A stretch of DNA of 64,000 nt, from the NCBI GenBank assembly GCA_950097015.1, contig CATNEN010000001.1, positions 868,001-932,000 of the forward strand, in the 5' to 3' direction. The notes under the pieces were generated by a model. It saw only the letters and a program-made list of their open reading frames with translations. It was not told where the DNA came from and did not search any database. Numbering within the stretch: position 1 is the stretch's first letter; each line of letters opens with the position of its first letter. The DNA is from Macrostomum hystrix (lineage: Eukaryota; Animalia; Platyhelminthes). Below are positions 49,204 through 60,400 of this stretch, piece by piece. Both the position numbers and the translations under genes were made by a program.

Positions 49204-51688
49204 AGCACACTGCTAGGATCTTTACCGTCTTGATTGAAATGTGGCTTGGTGATTTGATAGTCTGCACGTGGCGGTCCAAAATCGAATACTGTAAGTTTAA
49301 TTTGTTAACTGCTCCTGTAAGTTAGTTTAAACAAAGTGTTGCACAAAGAACTCACGATTGATTTGAAAAAGCGTATGGTATGTAAACTGAAGCTTCTTTT
49401 AAAACGACCCGTAATAGTATACAATAAGCAAGGGTTGAAATTCTATTCTAAGCACAAAGGCAATGACGACTCGATATATGCAACTGCAACGGCATTACAA
49501 AATACAGAAAACACACACCCTAATATCGCACGTACGGTAGCTATTGATCGCACTCCCTCACACCGATGTTGCTTCACTTTGCACGGCGGATGCTTTAATC
49601 AGCCATAGTTTGCCCTCGATCAATAATTTTGTCATTTTCAGGTTCCAGTTGGTCCGTTTCGGTTTGTTTCGGTCCGTTTCGGTCCGTTTCGGTCCGTTTC
49701 GGTCCGTTTCGGTCCGTTTCGGTCCGTTTCGGTCCGTTTCGGTTTGTTTCGGCCCGTTTCGTCAGTTTCGGCATTTCCACGGACCGCTCACAGGCAGGAA
49801 GAATAACAGGCAACTGCCATTATTTTCTAGTACAGCAGTTGGCAGAACTCCAAGAATGTCACTACACCATTTTACCCTCAATTTTGAACAAAAGTAACTT
49901 CTATAGTAACAAACTACACATCAATTTTGATAGTCTATCACTTTGAAGGAAAAACTATATTCTATTTTGACAAAGGCACCCAGTGTTTAAAATATCGTCC
50001 AGGCGGACTCTGATTTTTTGGGTCCGCCAGACTCCACTTTTTAGTCTATTGTATGCCTAACTTTAGTCGAAAAGACGTCCACTTTCGGCCAATAGATGAC
50101 CAATTTCGGACCATTGCAAAATGTTGTAAATACTAAGTCTATTAGTAGTGTAGCTCTGAATGAAAAATTGTATTCATTATTCTCTCGTATTCCGTATTGA
50201 ACATGAACAAAAAGAATTTGATTTTCTTATTTAAAAATGAATCTCTTTGTATGCTTTTTTAATTTTAGTTGCAAATAAATTACTCATTACATAAATCCAT
50301 AATAAATTAGATTTGCAAGTTTTAAAAGAAGAACAATTTGGAATAGAAGTAAGCAAGACAGATCTTGCTACAAAATTAGGATTTTTGAAAAATTACACAC
50401 AAGAATACAGAAGGCAAAGTATAAAATGCCTTGGCAGGAATACAACACACAATAGGCAGCATAGACATAAGGTCAAAAAGTTACAAGTTTAAATGCACAG
50501 CAATAAATATCATTGTGTACTATACGCAACATAAATAACTAAGCGGATTTCTAAAGCATGTTGGGAAATAATTATGATGTAGACCAAAAGCTAGTATGTT
50601 TGAAAATGTGAGACTTTTCCTATTTTTGTTTAAATTACGTATATTTGTTTTAACGCGAAAATAGTTGTTTGAATACACTGTAAATATTTGTTTAAAACAA
50701 TACGAAAATTAGTATAAATACAGGAGCAAAAGCGAGAGAAAAATTAACCTTGTTCAACGCAACTTGAAACAAAGTTAGTATACAATACTCAGAATCGTGT
50801 TCTTTCATTCTTTATAAAACATACGGAGACAAATATTAAGTAAGACTCAAGAGAGAGAAGTAGGAAGTATTGCTGTATACTTGAGATCATTGGTAACACT
50901 CTTCGAAAAGCCTATACTCAGAAATACACATGAGATAAAGTAATCGGCCAGAATAACTAAATACACTACCTAGACTAACTAAAGACGATATTCAAGGATA
51001 ACTAAATACACTACCAAGAAATTCTTTTAAATATATAAAATACATTCTCAGAAATTAATTCTAAGAAAATATAGAACATTAGCAATATAAAATACAACAA
51101 CATTGTGAGAGTAGAAGTAAGAATAATAATTAGTACTAGAACACCTGTGGTGACATTCAGTGGAAGAATAAATATTATAAAATAACCCTAGGACAATTAA
51201 AAGGAAGAGGAATAATTTTTATACGTCACAAATGTTGTGTTCCGACACAGAAGTCTTAAGTTTCTAGATGCTAGGAAGGATATAGAGCAGCTGTGTAGCT
51301 ATAAGTGCTCTTTAGTACTCGTTTATTAATCGTGTCCATAGACATAAATCAAACACACAGAGAATGAGTCTATCATAACATAACATCTCCCTTCTTAAGA
51401 GGGATTCCTGTATGTAATAAAAATAAATCCTATTTCCGGAAGTTCTGTTCTACACTTTTTCAATCAATGTGCCTGAAATCGCACGACTGGCTTCACCACA
51501 CGTCCACTTCGTGTCGTATAGCCATGCGTATCAGTTGTCCTAGGTGACTGACATTGTTGAGCATTAGGTGCTTGTACTGATGGTTTGCTTCCTCCATTTT
51601 CCTCCACTGCTTCGTGTTGATCCGGTTGACTTTGAGAAGCTTTCAGTGGTGCGGCAATTTCCATTCCCAATGCGTCTTTAAGGTTTTC

Positions 51689-54600
51689 TCATTGTGGAAC
51701 AGCGAGTTCTTCTGCTGCTCCAGTCCATTGAGTCAAAAACGATTTGTTCCGATGTAGTAGGTTTCCTTGTCCATCGCGAACTATATAAGAACGGTCATTC
51801 ACTCTCATGTGCACTTCTGCTGGCTGCCATTGTCGTGTCGATTCGTGCATCCAAACCTTTTCTCCACAACCAAATTCTCTCCTCTCCTTAGATCCATGGT
51901 TGTAGTACTCTTCAGTCTTGTCCTGCTGGTCCTTCAGCTTCTGCAGTACTTTCCTGGACATGACATGTCTAGGAATCAGATCTGCTTTTGGGATCGGCAA
52001 ATCATAGCACAGTTTGTTTCCAAAGACCAGTTCAGCGGTGATGGCATTCCATGCTCAATAGGAGTGTTCTTGTAATGTAGCAGTGCCATGTGCTCGCCTT
52101 CATTGCTCTTTAGAACCTTCTTTAAAATAATTTTGATCGTTTGAATGCCTCTTTCCGCTAATCCGTTGGACTGGCTGTACTTCGGCGATGATGTAAAATG
52201 CTTGAAGCCGTACTCTTTAGCGAAACGGGCAAATTCTCTTCCTGAGAATGGAGGTCCATTGTCAGATCTTAAAGTCTCGCAAACTCCATAGGTCTGGAAA
52301 TACTTCTTTAGTTGGGGAATCACAGAGTTAGCTGAAGTATTGTTGATCCTAGCGTACTCGATCATCCGACTGTATTTATCAACATCAGGTAATATCAGGT
52401 AATTCTTCCCGTCAATATGGAAAATATCTGTGCCACATTCCTGAAATGGGTAGTCCGGTAAGCACTGAACCACCATTGGTTCCTTCTGTGGCTTTCTTTG
52501 GCTTTCCTGGCAGGCAATGCACACTGTAGTCATATTTTGAATATCACCTCGAATTCCAGGCCAGTAGACGCTCTCTGACGCCTTTAAGCTTGCCTTCACA
52601 ATTCCAGGGTGTCCAGTATGCAGCTTCTGTAGCACTTCCATTCTCATTGAGTTTGGAACGACTATTCGATTCGGTTCTTCATCCAGATCAGATTGCCATG
52701 CGCAGTCAGATCCTGTCTGATGCTCCAGAAACAACGAAGCTCAGTCACGAGCTGGCTTCTGTGGTGTGGCCAACCAACACCGATGATTTCAGCGAGTTGT
52801 TGCAGTGTTGAGTTTCATTTTCGTTTCATTTTCCAGTTTCTGCATCAGTTCTGGGAATCCAACCGACATTCTAACACCGAGCACGTGACCTTCGATGTCA
52901 TCTTCGAGTTGTTTTGAGGCATGCACGTTCTTTAAGAAAGCGCGGCTCAGAGTGTCTGGAATGTGCAGGTGTTTACCGGGAACGTATACAATGTGCAGGT
53001 CGTACTTCTGAACTAGTAGCATCAGTCTCTGCAATCTTGCTGTAAGAGTTGAAATTGGCTTCCGGAAGATGTTCTCTAGTGGCTTGTGGTCGCTCTCGAC
53101 AGTTACCTTGTGTCCCCAGACGTACTGGTGGAATCGCTTGCAGCCAAACACAATAGCCAAAAGTTCCTTTTCGATCTGAGCATACTTCCGTTGGGATTGC
53201 GTCAGTGATGACGAAGCGTATTCCAGCGGGTGTCCATCTTGCAGGATAGTTGCTCCGAGACCGTGTTGACTAGCATCGACTGACAGAGTTAGTGACACGT
53301 TTGGGTTATAGCGAGCTAAGACTGGTGCATCGCCAAGACTCTGCAAAATTGATTCGTACGCTTTTTCGTGTTCATTCGTCCAGTTCCACTGAGCATTCTT
53401 CGTCAGCAATCTTCGTAGCGGTGCTGCTTTAGATGACAAATCCGCAATGAATTTGGACAAAAAATTTGCACATCCCAGAAATCGCATAAGTTGCTGTTTT
53501 CTCTCATTGCCGGATAGAGTATTTGGTCGGGGCATATCGCGCATTGCTTTCACTTTGTCTGGGTCTACTTTAATTCCGGTGTGCGAAAGTATATTGCCGA
53601 GGAGTTTCAACTCCTTCAATCCGACTTTCCGCTTTTTATAATTCAAGCGCAAATTCTTCGCACGGCATATTTCCATAAGCTGCTTCACAGCTTCATCGTG
53701 TTCTTCCACAGTCTTGCCCCAAACAATGAAGTCATCTATAAAATTGTTGCAGTTTCTGATCTTGTCCGAGATCTCCTCTCGAACTCGCTTCTGGTAGACT
53801 TCCGACGCGGAACAAATTCCATAGGGCATTCTGAGCCAACGATATCGTCCAAAAGGTGTGTGAAAGCACGTCATCAACGAACTTTCATAATCCAATGCAA
53901 TCTGGTGAAAACTCGCAGTCGCATCAAAAGTTGAGAACAGAGCAGCGTTTCCGATTTCCGCAATAATTTCGTCATAAGACGGTATCTGGTACTGCTCTCT
54001 CATTATGTTGGCATTCAGACGCTGAGGGTCTAGGCAAAGACGTATAGTCTTGTCTGCCTTCCAGACGACGACCATATTTGAAACGTACTTCGTAGGCTCG
54101 TCGCACTTGGTGATAAGTCCATCCGAAACCAGGCGATCTATTTCAGCCTTCAAGGGTTGCATTGCAGCAAACGGGATTCTTCGAGGGCGATCCGTCCAAG
54201 ATTCTTTGTCATCGCGCAGGCTGATGTGATAACTCCCAGGTAAGCAACCTGTTCCTTCAAAGACATCGGGATACTCACGAAGAAATCTTTCATCCGTCCA
54301 CGTGGACTTGAACCCTTCAGATTGAACAGAAACTCCGAAGTTAAATTTCACCAGGCCTATCTCTTCCGCGGTTTTCCATCCTATGAGTGGAATGAGCTTC
54401 TCTTTGATCACAATAAGTTCATCTTCCCGCTTGACTCCTTCATCCGTCAATTCCAATTCAATTCCAGTTTCATTTGTACCTTCCCTGCGACTGTTAGGCG
54501 TGTCCTCTTATAACAAAAGAGTCTGCAGGACGTTTCCTGTATCCGCGTGTTTGGTGAAATCCGCCTAAGCAAATGCTCAGGGAGTACATTTGCGTCCGCT

Positions 54601-54962
54601 CCTGTGTCGCATTTGCAATTCACTAGCTGACCTTCGATTTTGATACCGACAGTTGTTCTACTGTCTCTGTGGTTGCCACCCGGTCGTAAAGATGCTGACA
54701 TGACCCACGAATCTTGACGATCAGATTCTGATTGTATTTTGATCCAAGGCTCTAACGGTCTTATTACGACAGACGTTACTGAAGTGGTTTTGCTTTCCGC
54801 ATGCTTTGCACGTCTTGCCATATGCAGGGCATGAACCTTTTTTGTTTCTTCCCACAGAATGAGCAACCCTCCGACTTTCCTACCATCGGCTTTCCTTTGG
54901 ACCCACACCTTCTGTTCTGTTGTCTCTCCTTGTACGTGAAATCTGGTCTGCCTGTTGAGCAA
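51689..54962 (-). pseudogene. Gypsy Pol (PR-RT-RNaseH-IN) split by frameshifts
   Basis: CDTGADANVLP (PR); IRLCLDP, MPYGI, FIDD (RT); VDASQHGLG, ESDHKPL (RH); LHTGHPG..CIAC, SDNGP, SNGLAER (IN). Spread over four ORFs. Confidence 0.9.
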
Positions 54963-55576
54963 GGTTTCACAACTAAATTTACTTCTTTCTGGATGTAATT
55001 CGAAGTCTCTCTGGAGGTGTTTCCCGTCATGATCCGCACTTGGGTCTTTGATGATTCACTTGCACGGCAGATAGATATAGCCTTGTCTAGCGTCAATTCC
55101 TGCTCACGTAGGAGCCGTTCTCGCAACTCCGTGTCTCTGATACCGAGGACAATCTGGTCTCTGATTATTGATTCTTTCACCGTCAATTCGTAGGCTGGCT
55201 TCTCGAATGAGCATGTCTTGATAAGTTGTTTCAGGCCGCTCACGAATGAGTCAATGCTCTCATGCTCGTTCTGCCTGCGTTGCCGAAATTTGTAGCGCTC
55301 GAAAGTTTCGTTCGCACTCGGCTTGCAGTATTCTTCGAATTGTTTCGTCACTTTCGACAGCTCTGCGTCTCCTTCCGATTTCTCGAAAGTTGAATAAATC
55401 TCACGACCTTCTTCTCCGATGGCTGTTAGCAGTGTCGCTATTTGCACTTTAGCAGGTGATTCGTCACGCTTTGTTGCGGTCATATAGAGCTCGAACGCAG
55501 AAATCCATTTACTCCAGTTTTCCGCCTTGTGTTCATCAAAGCAGAATGGCTTTGGGGGTTTCAGCCCGCCGTCCAT
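54776..55576 (-). CDS. Gypsy Gag (frameshifted in the zinc-knuckle region)
   Basis: ENWSKWISAFELY..NETFERYKFRQRRQNEHESIDSFV..IIRDQIVLGI..CSFCG. Confidence 0.88.
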   Translation of the reverse strand: MDGGLKPPKPFCFDEHKAENWSKWISAFELYMTATKRDESPAKVQIATLLTAIGEEGREIYSTFEKSEGDAELSKVTKQFEEYCKPSANETFERYKFRQRRQNEHESIDSFVSGLKQLIKTCSFEKPAYELTVKESIIRDQIVLGIRDTELRERLLREQELTLDKAISICRASESSKTQVRIMTGNTSRETSNYIQKEVNLVVKPCSTGRPDFTYKERQQNRRCGSKGKPMVGKSEGCSFCGKKQKRFMPCIWQDVQSMRKAKPLQ

Positions 55577-56154
55577 TTGAATTCAGATCCAGTTGAGCAC
55601 AGTGCTGCGTTTGACTATTCAAATCAAGCGCCCTTCACAAGTGCACCTCTGACACCATGTTGTGTTCCGACACAGAAGTCTTAAGTTTCTAGATGCTAGG
55701 AAGGATATAGAGCAGCTGTGTAGCTATAAGTGCTCTTTAGTACTCGTTTATTAATCGTGTCCATAGACATAAATCAAACACACAGAGAATGAGTCTATCA
55801 TAACATAACAACAAACACTACAAAAATGTTGCTGTATAAATCAAGACAAATACAACTTGGAGTATAAATTGTGTCACTCATGTCCCATATTTTAGCTACT
55901 CACTAGAAAGTCGATAGTACTAGCATACCCGGTGGGACATTTACTATACGCCCCTCTCTACGCCCCACTATGCGCCTTCCCACCTGTCACCGGTGGTTGG
56001 GCGTATAGTGTGGCCAGGCGGCGCACTGGTGGCCCACTGGTGGGAGGGCGCGGGTTGGGGTGGGGGGTAAATAAAATTCGGGGCATATCCTCAAAATCTA
56101 CTGTTAGTAGGCTGTGTTGTATTTTTTGAGCGCAGTAATTAATCGACCATTTTC

Positions 56155-56470
56155 AACTGGGGGATCATTGTCAAGTGGGGGATCATCATCAACTGGGGGA
56201 TCATCATCGAATAGGGGATCATTGTCAACTGGGGATCATCATCAATGGGTAGTCATCATCAAATGGAGGATCCTGGTCAACTGGGGGATCATGGTCAACT
56301 GGGGGATCATTGTCAACTGGGGGATGATTGTCAACTCGGGGATGATTGTTAACTGGGGGATTATTGTCAACTGAAGGATGATTGTCAACTGGGGGATTAT
56401 TGTCAACTGGGGGGTCATTGTCAACTGGGGGATCATTGTCAACTGAGAGATCATTGTCAACTGGGGGATC
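56155..56470. repeat. 18/19-bp minisatellite (tgtcaactgggggatcat)
   Basis: Direct inspection. Confidence 0.9.
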
Positions 56471-56538
56471 TTTGTAGCTGTAAAAAAGCTGAAAATTATA
56501 CAGCTGCTAAAAAGCATTTACTGGACAAGAATTAAAAA

Positions 56539-56670
56539 TAGGGTGAGAGGGAGATCAGTAGGGTGAGAGGGAGAGCAGTAGGGTGAGAGGGAGAGCAGTA
56601 AGGTGAGAGGGAGAGCAGTAGGGTGAGAGGGAGATCAGTAGAGTGAGAGGGAGAGCAGTAGGGTGAGAGG
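56539..56670. repeat. 20-bp tandem repeat (agtagggtgagagggagagc); related inverted units at about 63600-63730
   Basis: Direct inspection. Confidence 0.85.
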
Positions 56671-56899
56671 AAATGTGGTAGTTAGATGCAGTAGATGCAG
56701 CTAAAGGTACAGATTTTTTATCAATTTCAAAGCGAATATGCATATGAAACATCTTATAAAGCGCATTCAGAAAGGAAAAAGCCATGATTGAAAAGAAGAG
56801 TAAGGGAACTACAGACATTTATATTGCAATGTTTTAGACTGAGAGTGTCATCATGCAAAGACAGTACGGTATACGTTTTTAAGTAAATACAAAGAGATA

Positions 56900-57694
56900 C
56901 AATGAGATATAGAGAGACATGGAGAGAGATGGAGAGTTATAGAGAGAGATAATTGAATAATAATAATAATAATTGATTACACCTGCCCCAATTGGGTCAG
57001 ATGTGCAGCCGACAGCACAGCCGCAGCTAATGCGCGGCGCATCTGAAGGCTGCGTACGGCTGTTCAGTCCACGGACTGGGGGGACGCCACACCCACCTTC
57101 AATTATCCCAGCTGATGCTGGTACCCATTTAACAGCTGGGTGAACTGAAGCAATGCAGAGTTAAGTGTCTTGCTAAAGGACGCAAATTGTTCCAGTGGAG
57201 TCGGGAATCGAACCCCCTATATCTCTCTATATCTCTCCATCTATCGAAAGAGAGAGATGGAGAGATATAGAGAGAGATGGTGAGATATAAAGAGAGATGG
57301 AGATATTTAGAGAGAGATAAAGAGATTTAGAGAGAGATGGAGAGATATAGAGACAAATGGAGAGAGATGGTGAGATATAGAGAGAGATGGTGAGAGATGG
57401 AGAGTTATAGAGAGAGATGGAGAGTTATAGAGTGATGGAGAGATATAGAGAGAGCTAAAGAAATTTAGAGAGAGATGGAGAGATTTAGAGAGAGATGGAG
57501 AGATTTAGAGAGAGATAAAGAGATTTAGAGAGAGATGGAAAGATATAGAGAGATGGAGAGATATGGAGAGATTTAGACAGAGATGGAGAGATATAGAGAG
57601 AGATGGAGAGATATAGAGAAATGGAGAGAGATGGTGAGATATAGAGAGATGGAGAGTTATAGAGAGATATGGAGAGAGATGGAGAGATGGAGGA
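56900..57694. repeat. GA-rich degenerate microsatellite interrupted by a SINE B copy
   Basis: Runs of gagagatg and gatataga. Confidence 0.9.
56953..57215 (-). mobile_element. CORE-like tRNA SINE family B with (ATT)n tail
   Basis: Near-identical to 32298-32473; B-box present and aataataat tail. Confidence 0.78.
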
Positions 57695-57979
57695 GAGTTT
57701 CTGTACCACTTACTCGAAACTCCGTCTGTCGCTGACCTGTCGCCACCATGCTTGCGCTGGGAGAACAAGCTGGAGGGCATTTTCCAAATTCTAAACCCAA
57801 CCGGCCTAGCAGAGGCCTGGGGCAGTCACAAGCGGCGGGACATGAGCTTTGAAACGATGAAGCGAGCGCTGAGGCATTACTACGAGGACAAGCTTATCAC
57901 CAAGACCCACCCAAGAGACAAGCACTTTTACAAATTTCACTTCGACCACGAGAAAGTAAAACTTTTTTTAGAAAAATGA
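57695..57979 (+). CDS. ETS-domain coding segment (terminal exon or pseudogene)
   Basis: EFLYHLL..CLRWENKLEGIFQILNPTGLAEAWGSHK..MSFETMKRALRHYY..HFYKF, which carries the ETS Trp residues and the RxxRxYY helix. No obvious splice acceptor. Confidence 0.75.
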   Translation, partial: EFLYHLLETPSVADLSPPCLRWENKLEGIFQILNPTGLAEAWGSHKRRDMSFETMKRALRHYYEDKLITKTHPRDKHFYKFHFDHEKVKLFLEK

Positions 57980-58257
57980 CTTAGACAAAATGACACCCAA
58001 ATCAGAAATCCCATAATTTAATTAATACCTCAGAAATCCCTACGTTGCCCTAGAAATCACATGATCCAGACAAATAGGCAATGACTCAGAATTACATCAC
58101 GGATTGTCTGATTGTCAGTTGCGCTACTTCACTCATGTAAACAAGTATGAGATCTGAAATGTCCAGCTAGCGGTGTACTGCAGTATTAAATATGAATTGG
58201 GTTTTGTTTTTCTTGCTTTTTTATTTTAAGTGTAACACTACCTGTGCTAGAATAAAT

Positions 58258-58479
58258 GCACCTGTGTTGACAGTCATTTTTTAATTCACACGCTCGTTGC
58301 GAGGAGTTTTTTGAGAACTAGCTAATTGTTGAGAGGTCCTCGAAGAAAATAATCTACCTTGTTTGCTTATGAGGTTTGTTTTTAGATAAGGCACATTTGG
58401 GGGAATCTAGGCTGAACATGACATCTAAAACCACAGATAGGAATTCTAGAACAGAATTCATTTCACGAGTGAAGCGGGG
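58258..58479 (+). repeat. Diverged duplicate of the HES upstream region (62565-62763)
   Basis: cacctgtgttgacagtcattttttaattcacacgctcg..ttgttgagaggtcctc..ttcatttcacgagtgaagcgggga occurs in both places. Confidence 0.9.
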
Positions 58480-60145
58480 ATGCACATTACCCAACAATAC
58501 CCTAGAAATCACATGATCCAGACAATGACTCAATTAAAGTACGGATTGTCCGATTCTCAGTTGCGTTACTTCACTCATGAAAACTATTTTTTCTTACGGA
58601 TATGTTTTGTTCTGTTTTCTCGTGTTTTCTCATATTCCCCATGCATGACTTATCATCTGTAATTAAACCTTGATTTTGAAGACATGTAATTAAGACAGAC
58701 TGTTTCCTATAAAAGTATGAGATAACTACGAGTACAAGTACTTATAAATGCTATATAAATGCTACTTATAAATACTATAAATAAACTAATTGTTACTGCA
58801 CATTATTTCATAAACTACAACAAACAAAACAAAAAGATTATTCAACCTTGTTGCGAGCGCAGCCGTGGAACTCCATTGACATGAAATGAGTCCGTGAAGG
58901 TCGCTGATCGTTATCTAACCTGCTAAACTCGGCCAGATACAGCTCGCCGGGATGCTGGGCCAACTGCAACTCGACGCTGAGTAGCTGATTGAATTAGAAT
59001 AGACACTAATATCAATGTCATCCGCAGCTTCCGTTTCTTGACACGCCTGACCGTGTACCAGGCGTCAGGTGTTCATGGAGAACGTCTGGAAAAAATATGG
59101 AATGTTTTAAAACCAATTTACATATTTATCTTTGTCTATAACGATTGCCTGTAATCAGATGGGAAGCATGCTAATCTTTTAAGTGAGCTAGCTTAAGGGT
59201 CGGAGAGTACATGTTAGTAGCAGCTTAGTATAAATGTTAGTTGAAATGAAAAAAATGAACTTTTGCTACGAATTGTAGCAAACTCTTAGCTACAGGGACA
59301 CAGAGGTCAGATGGTAAGCATGCGAATCTTTTAAGTGTTAGCCAGCTTAAGGGTCGGAGTGTAAATGTTAGTAGCAGCTTAGTATAAATGTTAGTAGAAA
59401 TGAAAAAATGTACTTTTGCTACGACTTGTAGCAAAGCAGGCAAGCAAAGCAAGTGAGCGAATGTAGGAACACGAAGCAAGGAGTGCTCGATAAATATGTT
59501 GGTTATCATGCTAAGCTAAAGCTAAGAAGCTAAACATTTAGGCTGTGCATCAAGCTAATAAATAAATGAGTGAAATAAAGGAAGACAACAAGCAAAGATG
59601 TATTCCAAAATATTCTGAAAATGCATGACGTCTGATGCATATCTGATGCAAATCTGATGCATATTTTGCGTCCCTCAAAAATGCCTCTGAAATGACGAAG
59701 TGGGAGGTTTCGAGGTGTGTTAGCAGCTTGTTATTGGACAGCATGAATGTGGAGTGAGGGGTTTGTCTTCATACGCAGTTGCTATCTGCTTCTTTAAATT
59801 TGCAGATAAACTTGCTATCAAGCTTGGAGGATGGCTCATGCAATTTTCTGGTTAAACACGAACACGACAAGACACGACATATGACATTATGGCTACAATC
59901 ATATTGAATGTGAGTACATTTTGCTACGTTGTAATATTGCATTAGCATTGTAGTGTGACAATCGCAATTTGATAAATGGTGCTATAATGGCTAAAAATAA
60001 ATATTGTTTTACCAGAGTCAATGATAACTTACACCTGCAAACGGGTATAATTTTACTACTATAGCGCTTATTTAAAGAATTAACGATTAAGGATTAAGAA
60101 TTAAGGAATAAAGGTATCACATATAGGTAGCTTAGACAAACCTTT

Positions 60146-60400
60146 TTATTTCTTGCCCTGTGAGGGAGTGCACCAGGGCCTCGGCGGCGTGAAATTGGTG
60201 GCCGCCCCGGCCCCTCCCTTCTCCTTCCACCACTGGACCTTATTGTCTACCGTGGTGGGCAGCAGCTGCCATGGGCTGGTTGGCTTGGGCTTCGGCATGG
60301 GCTGCTTCTGCTGCTGTTGCTGCTGCTGTGGTTGCTGCTGCTGCTGAGCAACTCTCCTGCTCTCCTGCTGCTGCTGCTGCTCTTTCTGACAATTCGACAT
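60146..60400 (-). CDS. Small polyQ/Pro/Trp-rich protein, 84 aa, unknown function
   Basis: GC-rich island in AT-rich flanks, acaATG start, TAA stop, CAG-rich like the real exons in this window. Confidence 0.5.
   Translation of the reverse strand: MSNCQKEQQQQQESRRVAQQQQQPQQQQQQQKQPMPKPKPTSPWQLLPTTVDNKVQWWKEKGGAGAATNFTPPRPWCTPSQGKK

Larger units (their letters stand above)
40964..49786 (-). mobile_element. Complete Mutator-like element (MULE), 8.8 kb, foldback-type TIRs
   Basis: 9-bp TSD ctcacaggc at 40955-40963 and 49787-49795. Termini gggtccgtggaaatgccgaaac / gtttcggcatttccacggaccg. TIRs are built from 10-bp ccgaaacgga arrays (about 40979-41148 and 49651-49770). Confidence 0.93.
51233..55810 (-). 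mobile_element. Full-length Ty3/Gypsy LTR retrotransposon (Mag-like)
   Basis: 153-bp TG..CA LTRs at 51233-51385 and 55658-55810, TSD acaaa, PBS tggtgtcagaggtg, PPT aagaagggaga. Domain order gag-PR-RT-RH-IN. Confidence 0.96.
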
